A DNA stretch of 64,000 nt from positions 3,639-67,638 of the forward strand of contig DIUR01000010.1 in NCBI GenBank assembly GCA_002428265.1. Direction: 5' to 3'. The DNA comes from Bacteriovoracaceae bacterium UBA6153 (lineage in GTDB: Bacteria; Bdellovibrionota; Bacteriovoracia; Bacteriovoracales; Bacteriovoracaceae). Positions 9,187 to 18,427 of this stretch are shown here, in pieces (the stretch's first letter is position 1; every line of letters starts with the position of its first letter). The translations under genes and the position numbers were made by a program. The notes beneath the pieces were generated by a model. The model was not told the origin of the DNA, did not search any database, and saw only the letters and a list, made by a program, of their open reading frames with translations.

Positions 9187-10470
9187 ATGTCTTACACAGT
9201 AAAAAGCGTCAATGGATGCACAAAAAAAATTGAGTTTAACTTCGCAAGTTTAGACTTATCAAAAGAAATCAAAGCAGCGGTTGTTAGAAAGCAAAGTACA
9301 ACAAACGTTAAAGGATTCAGAAAAGGTAAAGCTCCTCTATCAATGGTAGAGCAAGTTTATGGGCCACAAATTGAATCAGATGCACTTAACTCATTTGTTC
9401 AATCACAACTTTTCGAAGCTGTGACAAAAGAAAAATTCAAGACTGTTGGATACCCAGCTTTCGAAAACGTAAAGTACGATGCTGGTAAATCAGTTTCTTT
9501 CGATGCTGTTGTTGAAGTTTTCCCAGAAATCAAACTTAAAGATTACTCTGCGCTTACTTTCAAAAAAGAAAGCTCAGAAGTAACTAAAGAAGATATGGAT
9601 AAAATGACTAACAATTATCTTGGTTCAAAAGCTGAGATGACTGAAGTGACAGATGCAAAAGCTGCACTTAAAAAAGGTGACTTTGCTGTTTTCAACTTCG
9701 AAGGTGTTAAAGCTGACGGATCAAGACCAGAAAACATGAAAGGCAATGAGTACCTTCTTGAAATTGGTTCAGGACAATTCATCCCAGGATTCGAAGATGG
9801 AATGATCGGAATGAAAAAAGGTGATAAGAAGAACATTCTTTTAACTTTCCCAGCTGATTACCATGCTGTTGAACTTCAGAATGCAAAAGTTACTTTTGAA
9901 ACTGAACTTCTAGAAATCAAAGAGAAAAAATTCCCAGTTCTTAACGATGAACTAGCAAAAGAGTTCGGATACGAATCAGTTGCTGATTTCAATGAAAAAA
10001 ATAAAAAAACTCTTCAGGCACAAAAAGAAAGACAGACAGCTGAGAAGCTTCACTCTGACATTCTTGAAAAACTTGTTAACGAAAATAAGTTTGATGTTCC
10101 AGCTACACTTGTTCAAAACCAAGAAAAATATCTTCAAGACGATCTGGCAAAAAACCTTAAGTCTCAAGGATTCAACGAAGGAATGGTTGCTGAATATTTC
10201 GAAAGATGGAAAGGCGATATCCACACTAAAGCTGAGTTCCAGGTAAGATCAGGACTAATCCTTGATCACCTAGCACAAGACTTTAAGATTGAAACATCAG
10301 AGTCTGACTTCAACACTAAGCTTGAAGAAAGCGCAAAAACTGCTGGAATCGATGTAGAAACTGTTAAGAAGTACTACAGCTCAAATGAGCAGATTAAGAG
10401 CAACATGATGTATGCTATTCGCGAAGAAAAAACTTTCGAAGCACTTAAAAAGAAATTAAAAATCTCATAA
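9187..10470 (+). CDS. tig: trigger factor
   Basis: GFRKGKAP ribosome-binding signature; FKBP domain GSGQFIPGFEDGMIGMK. Confidence 0.97.
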   Translation: MSYTVKSVNGCTKKIEFNFASLDLSKEIKAAVVRKQSTTNVKGFRKGKAPLSMVEQVYGPQIESDALNSFVQSQLFEAVTKEKFKTVGYPAFENVKYDAGKSVSFDAVVEVFPEIKLKDYSALTFKKESSEVTKEDMDKMTNNYLGSKAEMTEVTDAKAALKKGDFAVFNFEGVKADGSRPENMKGNEYLLEIGSGQFIPGFEDGMIGMKKGDKKNILLTFPADYHAVELQNAKVTFETELLEIKEKKFPVLNDELAKEFGYESVADFNEKNKKTLQAQKERQTAEKLHSDILEKLVNENKFDVPATLVQNQEKYLQDDLAKNLKSQGFNEGMVAEYFERWKGDIHTKAEFQVRSGLILDHLAQDFKIETSESDFNTKLEESAKTAGIDVETVKKYYSSNEQIKSNMMYAIREEKTFEALKKKLKIS

Positions 10471-10475
10471 TTTTG

Positions 10476-10502
10476 AAAGGCTCCTTCGGGAGCCTTTTTT
10501 TT
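10476..10502 (+). terminator. rho-independent terminator of tig
   Basis: AAAGGCTCC-TTCG-GGAGCCTTTTTTTT. Confidence 0.9.
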
Positions 10503-10505
10503 GAC

Positions 10506-10531
10506 AAAAAAAAGGCCCCTGAAGAGGGGCC
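10506..10531 (-). terminator. rho-independent terminator of valS
   Basis: GGCCCCT-gaag-AGGGGCC stem with an A8 run on its left, which is a U run on the minus strand. Confidence 0.85.
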
Positions 10532-10540
10532 GATGTTTCT

Positions 10541-13210
10541 TTAGCTTTTAAACTGAATCAGGTTTTCCTGAATACTTTGCATTTTTTCTCTTAAGTCTCT
10601 ATCAGCAATCTTAACTTCTTCACGTACATTTTCAGGCGCGTTTTTCATGAAGTTTTCATTCTTGATCTTCGCTTCGTTTTTATTGAAGTCAGCAGTTGTT
10701 TTAGCAAGTTCTTTTTCAAGTCTGGCAATCTGCTCTTTTAAATCAATAACACCATCAAGCGGAACGAAGACCTCTGTGTGAGTTAAAATATTAACGATAG
10801 ATTTATTTGGACGATTTAATTCTTTATTACCAACAGATAAATTCTTCACTCTTGCCAGTTCCTGGAAGTTAATCAGATTAGCTCTGAAATAAGTAATCAG
10901 TTCCTGGTTATCTGTGAAGAGCTCAACGCTAACTTCGTCTTTAGGTTTAATATTTACGCTGGCGCGAAGATTTCTAATACTTGTGACAACTTCTACGAAC
11001 GTGTTCATCTGATCCTGATCAGCTTTGAACTCCAAGTTTTTATCGTACTCCGGATAATCTTGAGCAATTAGTAGATCTTCATTTTCATCTTTTAAGTGAG
11101 ACCAAAGCTCTTCTGTGATGAAAGGAGTGATTGGGTGAAGCAGTGCCAGCATTTTTTTGAAAACAAACTTTAGAACTGAAACCCTTTGTGCTTTCTGAGG
11201 CTCGTTATCGCCTTTTAAAATGTTTTTTGAAAGTTCAATAAACCATGAGCAGTACTTGTCGTAAACAAAGGCGTAAATGGCCGCAGAAGCTTCGTCGTAG
11301 CGATAGATTTCCAGCGAGTCATTCATGATTTTTGCAGTTGTATTAAATTCTGCAAGAATCCATCTTTCATGGTGATCGAGTTTTGAATAGTCTGCAATGA
11401 AAGCAGAGCCATCCTGAAGATGGGGTTGAATGAAGCGGTAAGCGTTCCATACTTTGTTTATGAAATTTCTGTATCCACTGATTCTTTCAGGATCAAGATT
11501 GATGGCGCGGTTGTATCCAGCTCCACTTGCTAAAGAGAATCTGAAAGCATCTGTTCCATATTGAGCAATCATATCAAATGGATCAATTCCATTTCCAAGA
11601 GATTTACTCATTTTTCTTCCTAGCTTATCGCGAACGATAGCGTGGATGTATGTATCTTTAAAAGGAACCTGGTTTTGAGTTTGAAGTGACATCATCATCA
11701 TTCTAGCTACCCAGAAGAAAATAATATCGAAACCTGTTACGAGAACTGATGTAGGGAAGAAAGTATCAAATCTTTTTTCCTTCATGGCCGCTTCATTTGG
11801 CCATCCAAGAGTAGACATTGGCCATAGTCCTGAAGAAAACCATGTATCTAAAACGTCAGGGTCTTGCTCAACTTTGTTTGATTTACATTGAGGACATGTC
11901 GTTTCAATTTGCTCACTTGCCCACTGATGATTGCATCCTGCGCAGTAGAAAACCGGGATTTGATGTCCCCACCATAATTGGCGAGAGATACACCAGTCTT
12001 TTGGATTTCTTAGCCATGAGTAATAAGTATTCTCCCATTCTTTTGGATAAAACTTCATGTCGCCATTTTCAACAGCTTCAACTGCACGCTTACTCATGTG
12101 AGTGACGTTAACAAACCATTGTTTTGAAACCATAGGCTCAATTGGAACACCTGAGCGCTCGCCGTGGCCAACTGGATGCATGTGGCTTTTCTTGTCTAGT
12201 AGCAGTCCTAGTTCATCTAATTTTTTAGAAACAACGTTGCGGGCAACTTTTGTAGTTAGACCTTTGAACTCCATCCCGTGATCGTTAAGAGTTCCATCTT
12301 TATTGAGCATGTTGATAATAGGAAGGTTGTGACGTCTTCCAATTTCAAAGTCATTAAAGTCATGTCCAGGAGTAACTTTTAGGCATCCAGTTCCTTTTTC
12401 CAGGTCAACGTGTTCGTCACCGATAATAGGAACTTCGCGGTTACAAAGTGGAATGATGGCCATTTTACCAATGAGGTGCTTGTAGCGCTCATCATTTGGG
12501 TTAACTGCAACAGCAGTGTCACCAAAAAGTGTTTCTGGTCTGGTCGTTGCTACTTCAAGAGTTTCATCTGAACCTTTGATAGCGTATTTAATGTGAAAAA
12601 AGTTTCCTGCAACATCTTTATGCTCAACTTCAGCATCTGAAACTGCTGACTGAAGCATTGGGTCCCAGTTAACAATATAGTCACTTTGATAAATAAGTTT
12701 TTGGTTGTACATATCAACGAAGAACTTTTTAACAGCTTGATTTGGAATTGGATCCAGCGTGAATGTTAAGTAGTCCCAGTCACAGCTCGCACCCATGGCA
12801 CGCTGTTGGTCCAGAATATGATTTCCGTATTCTTCTTTCCATGCCCAGATTTTTTTAACGAACTCTTCACGAGTGAAATCGCGGCGAGTTTTCTTTTCTT
12901 GTTCGAAAACCATTTTCTCAACAACTGATTGAGTGGAAATACCAGCATGGTCAAGACCTGGAAGAAAAAGTGTTTCGTAACCCTTCATTCTCTTGAAGCG
13001 AATTAACGAATCCTGAGTCGTAATATCCAGAGCGTGCCCAGCATGCAGTTTACCTGTTACGTTTGGCGGGGGAACGATAATACAAAAAGGTTTATTGGCA
13101 CGTCCTTTTTTCGGTTTGAAGTATTTTCCAGACTCCCAGAGTTTGTACCATTTAGATTCAACATCAGTAGGAGAGTAAGTCGTTGCTAGTTCATTTGGTG
13201 TCGTTGTCAT
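10541..13210 (-). CDS. valS: valine--tRNA ligase
   Basis: PPPNVTGKLHAGHA (HIGH), DWCISRQLWWGH, KMSKS, C-terminal coiled coil. Confidence 0.98.
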   Translation of the reverse strand: MTTTPNELATTYSPTDVESKWYKLWESGKYFKPKKGRANKPFCIIVPPPNVTGKLHAGHALDITTQDSLIRFKRMKGYETLFLPGLDHAGISTQSVVEKMVFEQEKKTRRDFTREEFVKKIWAWKEEYGNHILDQQRAMGASCDWDYLTFTLDPIPNQAVKKFFVDMYNQKLIYQSDYIVNWDPMLQSAVSDAEVEHKDVAGNFFHIKYAIKGSDETLEVATTRPETLFGDTAVAVNPNDERYKHLIGKMAIIPLCNREVPIIGDEHVDLEKGTGCLKVTPGHDFNDFEIGRRHNLPIINMLNKDGTLNDHGMEFKGLTTKVARNVVSKKLDELGLLLDKKSHMHPVGHGERSGVPIEPMVSKQWFVNVTHMSKRAVEAVENGDMKFYPKEWENTYYSWLRNPKDWCISRQLWWGHQIPVFYCAGCNHQWASEQIETTCPQCKSNKVEQDPDVLDTWFSSGLWPMSTLGWPNEAAMKEKRFDTFFPTSVLVTGFDIIFFWVARMMMMSLQTQNQVPFKDTYIHAIVRDKLGRKMSKSLGNGIDPFDMIAQYGTDAFRFSLASGAGYNRAINLDPERISGYRNFINKVWNAYRFIQPHLQDGSAFIADYSKLDHHERWILAEFNTTAKIMNDSLEIYRYDEASAAIYAFVYDKYCSWFIELSKNILKGDNEPQKAQRVSVLKFVFKKMLALLHPITPFITEELWSHLKDENEDLLIAQDYPEYDKNLEFKADQDQMNTFVEVVTSIRNLRASVNIKPKDEVSVELFTDNQELITYFRANLINFQELARVKNLSVGNKELNRPNKSIVNILTHTEVFVPLDGVIDLKEQIARLEKELAKTTADFNKNEAKIKNENFMKNAPENVREEVKIADRDLREKMQSIQENLIQFKS

Positions 13211-13213
13211 ATT

Positions 13214-14524
13214 TTAAGCCTTAATTATTTTTAACATCTCTTCCAGATCATTAATGCTGAAAGTGTGTTGTTCTTTTGTCGTTAGATTTTTTAGTTGAAT
13301 TTCACCTTTAACCATTTCATCACTTCCCATGAGGGTGACAAAACGCACACCTTTTTTCTCAGCAGTCGGAAAGACTTTTTTGAATTTTAGTGCTTCTAGA
13401 CTAGTGACAACTTTTAATCCGCTTTTTCTTAAGCTTTTTGCCAGCTTCATTGAAGCCTCAAGTCCATTATCTTCTTGGAACGTGATAAGAATATCATTCG
13501 TAGGATTATCTAGGTTTGGTAGAAGTCCGTGGACTGTTAGGAAGTCTTCCAGCGTGACGTCACCTAAACCAAAACCAACTCCTGGAAGTGGGTCTTCGTT
13601 GAAGATTTGCAGAAGATTAGCAAAAGCTCCACCACCACAAAGAGCGCGGCGGTTGTCCGGATGCTTGTCGAACATTTCAAAAACTATTCCGGTGTAATAA
13701 TCAAGGCCTCTCACGATACTAGGATCGTAAACAAGATATTCAGTTAAGCCGTTACTTTTTGTAAGCAGAATAAACTCATTGAAAGCATCTGCAATTTCAC
13801 TTTCATTGTGCTTTTTTAAGAAAGCATTAACATCATCAAATGTTTTCAATTCTAGATAACTGTAAAACAGGCCTTCAGCTTCAGGAGTTAATCCAACTTC
13901 AGCCACCATTTTTTGAACAGCTTCTAGGTTTACCTTTTTTGATTTGTCGGCAATTTTATAAAGACGGTGTGTTTGTTTATCATCTGCTTTCATCATGCGC
14001 TTAAAAACAGCATCAACGATGGCACGATCATTTAAAACGATTTCGAAATGCTTATTAGTAGCACCATAACTTTCAAATAACTCAATTGCCATTTGAAGAA
14101 TTTCAACTTCGCCAGTTCTTCCAGGGGCCCCAAAGATATCGCAGTTCAATTGCCAGAACTCGCGCATTCTTCCGCGCTGAGGTTTTTCATATCTCATCAT
14201 TCTTGGAATAGAAAACCAACGAAGTGGCTTGCTTGATTCTCTGTGAACCTGAGCAACCATACGAGCAACTGTCGGAGTCATCTCTGGGCGAATGGCCACG
14301 TGGCGATCACCGCGATCAGTGAATGAGTAGATTTGCTCAGTAATTAATTCTTCACCAGACTTTGCCAGGTACAGATCAACTTCTTCAAGAATCGGGCCTT
14401 CGTAAGATTCATAACCGAAGCTCTCAGCTGTTTTAGTCATGACAGAAAAAAGGTAATCCTGAACTCTCTTATTTTTAGGAAAAAAATCGCGGGTACCACG
14501 GTAAGGTTGTTTGTTGAGGGCCAT
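13214..14524 (-). CDS. hisS: histidine--tRNA ligase
   Basis: RGTRDF, RPEMTP, RYEKPQRGRMREFWQ, RGLDYYTG. Confidence 0.97.
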   Translation of the reverse strand: MALNKQPYRGTRDFFPKNKRVQDYLFSVMTKTAESFGYESYEGPILEEVDLYLAKSGEELITEQIYSFTDRGDRHVAIRPEMTPTVARMVAQVHRESSKPLRWFSIPRMMRYEKPQRGRMREFWQLNCDIFGAPGRTGEVEILQMAIELFESYGATNKHFEIVLNDRAIVDAVFKRMMKADDKQTHRLYKIADKSKKVNLEAVQKMVAEVGLTPEAEGLFYSYLELKTFDDVNAFLKKHNESEIADAFNEFILLTKSNGLTEYLVYDPSIVRGLDYYTGIVFEMFDKHPDNRRALCGGGAFANLLQIFNEDPLPGVGFGLGDVTLEDFLTVHGLLPNLDNPTNDILITFQEDNGLEASMKLAKSLRKSGLKVVTSLEALKFKKVFPTAEKKGVRFVTLMGSDEMVKGEIQLKNLTTKEQHTFSINDLEEMLKIIKA

Positions 14525-14590
14525 TATGTGTCCTTAATAAGCTCTGGTTTGAAAGTGCATTTTCAGAGGAAAAAGTTATCACATTTAGAG

Positions 14591-15487
14591 CTAAAAGTCT
14601 TGTAGCCATTCAGCGTCATTGCTGGGTTTTGGTAAATTCTGAAGGGCCGGAGGTGCGTTTTCATCATCCAACCAGTTTTCCTGAGTGGGCTTTGGAAGAT
14701 CGAGTGGAGAATTATTCAGTACAGGTGCCAGAATATCATCAACGCTCTTTTGCTCTTGCGGCATAGATGTTGGTTTAAGAGGGCTTAGGGTAATATCTTT
14801 AACAGAGAAAAATTTCAGGTCACTATCAGCGATCTCTTTAGTTTCGATGGGAGTCATACTTGATTCTTTGGCCATCAGATGGAAGCTGTTTTGAATGTTG
14901 GTGAGGGCTTCAATCATTTTGGGAAGTAGTGCGCTCTTGAGCGTATCCGGATAATCCGCGGCTTCAGGTGTGACTTTAGAAATCCAGAACTGCAAGAGCT
15001 CTGCTTTCTTTTCTAATTTTCTGTATTCAACTTTGTCTGTTTTAATATTATTGTTTTTTTGAAGTAAATATTCTTTGTATGTGGCATTCCCAACGAGATC
15101 AATGCTGTCTTTTAATAAGGCATTCAAAAACCAGTTAATGAAATTATCATTAGATTTCGCAATTCCTGATCTTAGATTTGCAATACTGACACCATCAATT
15201 GGCTGCTTGTTGGCTTCAGCATAATTTTTTAGGAATGTTTTATAAATCTCAATTTTTCCGACCATAAAAATGTCTTCTTTAGACATGGCCCTAGCGTATT
15301 TATCAATGTTTTTAATAGTAGGTAATATCTTGTTATAAGAAGTCAGATCATTTCTTTGAAGACTATCAACTATCAGATTAATTTCAAGAGGCATCTCTTT
15401 AGAGCCTAAAATAGTTTTTTGGGCGTAAGAGTCCGTGACAGATAAAACTGCAAGAAGAATTAAAAATGTTTTAAACATTTTATTCAT
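14591..15487 (-). CDS. hypothetical exported helical protein with a Pro-rich C-terminal tail
   Basis: Signal peptide ending SYA-Q; no recognised motif. ATG 15487 is preferred over GTG 15496 and overlaps the upstream stop. Confidence 0.7.
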   Translation of the reverse strand: MNKMFKTFLILLAVLSVTDSYAQKTILGSKEMPLEINLIVDSLQRNDLTSYNKILPTIKNIDKYARAMSKEDIFMVGKIEIYKTFLKNYAEANKQPIDGVSIANLRSGIAKSNDNFINWFLNALLKDSIDLVGNATYKEYLLQKNNNIKTDKVEYRKLEKKAELLQFWISKVTPEAADYPDTLKSALLPKMIEALTNIQNSFHLMAKESSMTPIETKEIADSDLKFFSVKDITLSPLKPTSMPQEQKSVDDILAPVLNNSPLDLPKPTQENWLDDENAPPALQNLPKPSNDAEWLQDF

Positions 15488-16580
15488 TAGCACCATCTAT
15501 TTCTTTTATTGCTTCTGAGGCCTGTGCCGGTGGCAATGATTTTAAAGAATCTATATTTTTATAATCAGAAGTTCCTTTCACTATGTAATAATGGCCTTTA
15601 TCCAAAGCAAGGATTGTTCCATCCATATTGATAGCACTTGAAATAGTTTTCATTTCACTAAGAGGTGTGAGTGCTTTTGTATCTGGATTTAAATCGACAA
15701 GGTCTGTTGTATATCGCTCATTTGTTCCATAGTTTTTGATAAAAGTAATATTGTTATCTTTTCCATAATCACAGATGAGCTGGCCAGAGTCATTTGTCGT
15801 GGAATTGTAAATGGCTTCGCGTTTAGCAAAATCAGTTAATGGAAGTGCTACTCTTGAAATTACCGTTCCATCTTTTGAGTAGTTGATTCCAAACAGCCCC
15901 ATAATTAAGGAATTTTTGTGAAGACAAATTTCAGCCTTCATCATTGGGGAATTGGCCTTGTAAATAATCTCAGCTTTTCCCGTAGTTCTTTTAAATTGCA
16001 GAAGCCCTACGGCCCCAGTTTCACTTAAGTCAGTATAATAAATTGTATCATCATCACTCATGATAACCTGAGGAGTGAAATAGGGATTGATTCTGTTATT
16101 GAGTTTAATTGTAAATTTGAGAGCACTGTTGGCCGTACTTTCAAAGGTAATCAAGCGAGAGTAGTTATCGTAAAAAGAAACCCAATTGTCATTTAAGTGA
16201 AGGGCGGCAGTATGTCCTTTGCCAACTTCTCTTAAAACAGTATCGCCAAAATTAAGAATAAAGATTTTTTGATTTGCTCTGATTGAATAAAAATTGTGAA
16301 AATCTTGGTTTTGTAGCACAACTATTTTCTTGCGAGATTCCGAGCCAATGAGGGTGTACTGAGTTCCAACTTTGCCTTTTAATAATTCGACAACTTTATA
16401 GTTACTAGAGTAGAGCAAACTGCCAGAACGTTTCTGATAATAAGTAAATTTTCCATCCTGGCTTAGAAATCTGATATTGCTGACAGCTTGTTTGGCTAGA
16501 AGTTCAGGCAATACAATCTTGGCCTGAAGTGATTCAGACAATATTAATGATAGGAATAGTATTTTTAGTATCATGTTCAT
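15480..16580 (-). CDS. hypothetical exported beta-rich protein, possibly a beta-propeller
   Basis: Signal peptide ending LQA-K, short repeated beta-strand/turn units, SQDGKF turn resembling TolB/PD40 blades. Confidence 0.65.
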   Translation of the reverse strand: MNMILKILFLSLILSESLQAKIVLPELLAKQAVSNIRFLSQDGKFTYYQKRSGSLLYSSNYKVVELLKGKVGTQYTLIGSESRKKIVVLQNQDFHNFYSIRANQKIFILNFGDTVLREVGKGHTAALHLNDNWVSFYDNYSRLITFESTANSALKFTIKLNNRINPYFTPQVIMSDDDTIYYTDLSETGAVGLLQFKRTTGKAEIIYKANSPMMKAEICLHKNSLIMGLFGINYSKDGTVISRVALPLTDFAKREAIYNSTTNDSGQLICDYGKDNNITFIKNYGTNERYTTDLVDLNPDTKALTPLSEMKTISSAINMDGTILALDKGHYYIVKGTSDYKNIDSLKSLPPAQASEAIKEIDGANE

Positions 16581-16581
16581 A

Positions 16582-18420
16582 TTATTTTCTAATGCCGTAT
16601 AAGGTCCACAAGCTCAGTGGATGAAGTTCCTGGTAAGCGCTAATTGCATTAAATATATTAGGCCATAATAAAAATCTTGGTGTGTGCACATCATCGATAG
16701 CAAGCCTTGAAATAAGAAGACTTTCGCCATCTTTCACGACATATCCATCGACAATAAAAGGCATTGGCTTACATTGATTGATAGCGATTCTTTGAAATTG
16801 CTCTGGGATTAAATCCTCAGCACAGCCGATTCCATGAATAATCCCAGTAGGCATTTTATCAAGAAAAAACTTAAGATCAGTCAGGTTTCTAATCATTCTT
16901 TGCTGAGTGCCTTTAACTTCATTAATCAAACTGGTGAATGAATATCTCTCATTCATATAAACTGTTGGGAAATAATCGAATGTGGGAGTACCGATAAATT
17001 TGATGTCTTGCTGAACTTTTTCTTCCCATATAACTTTCTTTTCACATGACATTGTGGTGCAGGTGTCGCCGCTAAAAACAATGAAGCAGCCAAATTTGAA
17101 CTCAGAACGATTTGGATTATAGGTATTGGAGTCAACAATTCGACAAGTTGTTTTGGCCGGAGCTCCTTTATTGAGATAAAGAATTTTTGCAACAACCTGA
17201 TCTTCACTGAGTGGTTCATCAGCTCGAGAGCCCGGAATATAAGTCGTGCAGGCTTCTTTATTAGTCACCCTATTCATGTAACAAACTTTTAGAGGCCAAC
17301 CGGCTTCATTTTTAATATCTAAATTAAGTCGAGCGAGGGAATAGTTAGTTTCACCGCTGCAAGTCTCTTTTGTGCTGAGGATTTTTCTCGGGGCAAAATG
17401 GTTAATAATTCTATGAATATTAGTTAATGCTTCGTTATCAATATTTCCCGGACAATCGTGATAATCTGTAATCAGCTTAGACTTATTAAGAGCTGTTGAG
17501 AGCACATCACAATTTTGTAGAGGGAAATTAGATGGATAATCCTTATTTCCTCTTGTTTCACAAAACTTGGCTTCAGTAGCTAATTTAGTTGCACAATTTC
17601 TAAGGTCTAAGTTGGTGAACTTGTCTTTTTTATTCATCATTTGCTGACACTTGTAGCTCATCTTATATTCTGGTACTTCAGAATTTAAAATTTTACTCCA
17701 AACGTCGTCTTTCAAATAATTTGAACAAAACAACTCTTGATTTGAAAGAGAGTTGCAAAGGTTATCAAGATAGATTCTTTTAACCAGTGGGATGCGCTCA
17801 CGATAAAAGTCAGCAAGTCTCTTTAAGTTTGGTTTTTTAAAGACCTGTTGGATTCTGCATAAGTATGGAGTAAATGCATTATCAAGCCATTCATTGTGAA
17901 TGGTGTTACATTCAGCTTTTGTCTTGGGGATAGTGAATTTGATTCCTTCGATGGTTTTTTGTGAGTTGGCCTCGGTAAAAAAAACAGAGTACTCACTATT
18001 GTTTAAACACTTCTTTTTATAAATCTGCTGGAAAAAATCATCTTTTAGCATAGAGGCCGATTCAATGGCCCCGTCTTTATTTTTATAATTGATAAGAATA
18101 TTATCAATATTTCCTTCCGTTGTTTTCAAAAGATTGGTTTCAAGTACAGAGAGAAAGCGACACTCATCTTTTTGGGCGAGTTTTAAAAAGCGCTCGTCAG
18201 AATGCATAAGGAGAGATTTAACATACTGAGGGTCTAGTTTTACATCAGTAAAACCAGATAGGTCTGAGACAACTTTTAGATTGGCCGTAATACTTGATTT
18301 ATTTTTTTGAAATTGATCTTTGTGAAGTTCCAGGAGTCTTTCAAAGCTTTCGATAATTCCCGGGGCTGTAGATTCTTGAGATATGGCCTTGCCAGGTAAA
18401 CTGGCAAGGCAAGCAAGCAT
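16582..18420 (-). CDS. hypothetical Cys-rich exported protein
   Basis: About 20 Cys spread through the mature part. The start is uncertain: ATG 18420 lies 7 nt after the upstream stop, versus TTG 18474. Confidence 0.7.
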   Translation of the reverse strand: MLACLASLPGKAISQESTAPGIIESFERLLELHKDQFQKNKSSITANLKVVSDLSGFTDVKLDPQYVKSLLMHSDERFLKLAQKDECRFLSVLETNLLKTTEGNIDNILINYKNKDGAIESASMLKDDFFQQIYKKKCLNNSEYSVFFTEANSQKTIEGIKFTIPKTKAECNTIHNEWLDNAFTPYLCRIQQVFKKPNLKRLADFYRERIPLVKRIYLDNLCNSLSNQELFCSNYLKDDVWSKILNSEVPEYKMSYKCQQMMNKKDKFTNLDLRNCATKLATEAKFCETRGNKDYPSNFPLQNCDVLSTALNKSKLITDYHDCPGNIDNEALTNIHRIINHFAPRKILSTKETCSGETNYSLARLNLDIKNEAGWPLKVCYMNRVTNKEACTTYIPGSRADEPLSEDQVVAKILYLNKGAPAKTTCRIVDSNTYNPNRSEFKFGCFIVFSGDTCTTMSCEKKVIWEEKVQQDIKFIGTPTFDYFPTVYMNERYSFTSLINEVKGTQQRMIRNLTDLKFFLDKMPTGIIHGIGCAEDLIPEQFQRIAINQCKPMPFIVDGYVVKDGESLLISRLAIDDVHTPRFLLWPNIFNAISAYQELHPLSLWTLYGIRK

Positions 18421-18427
18421 AATTATC

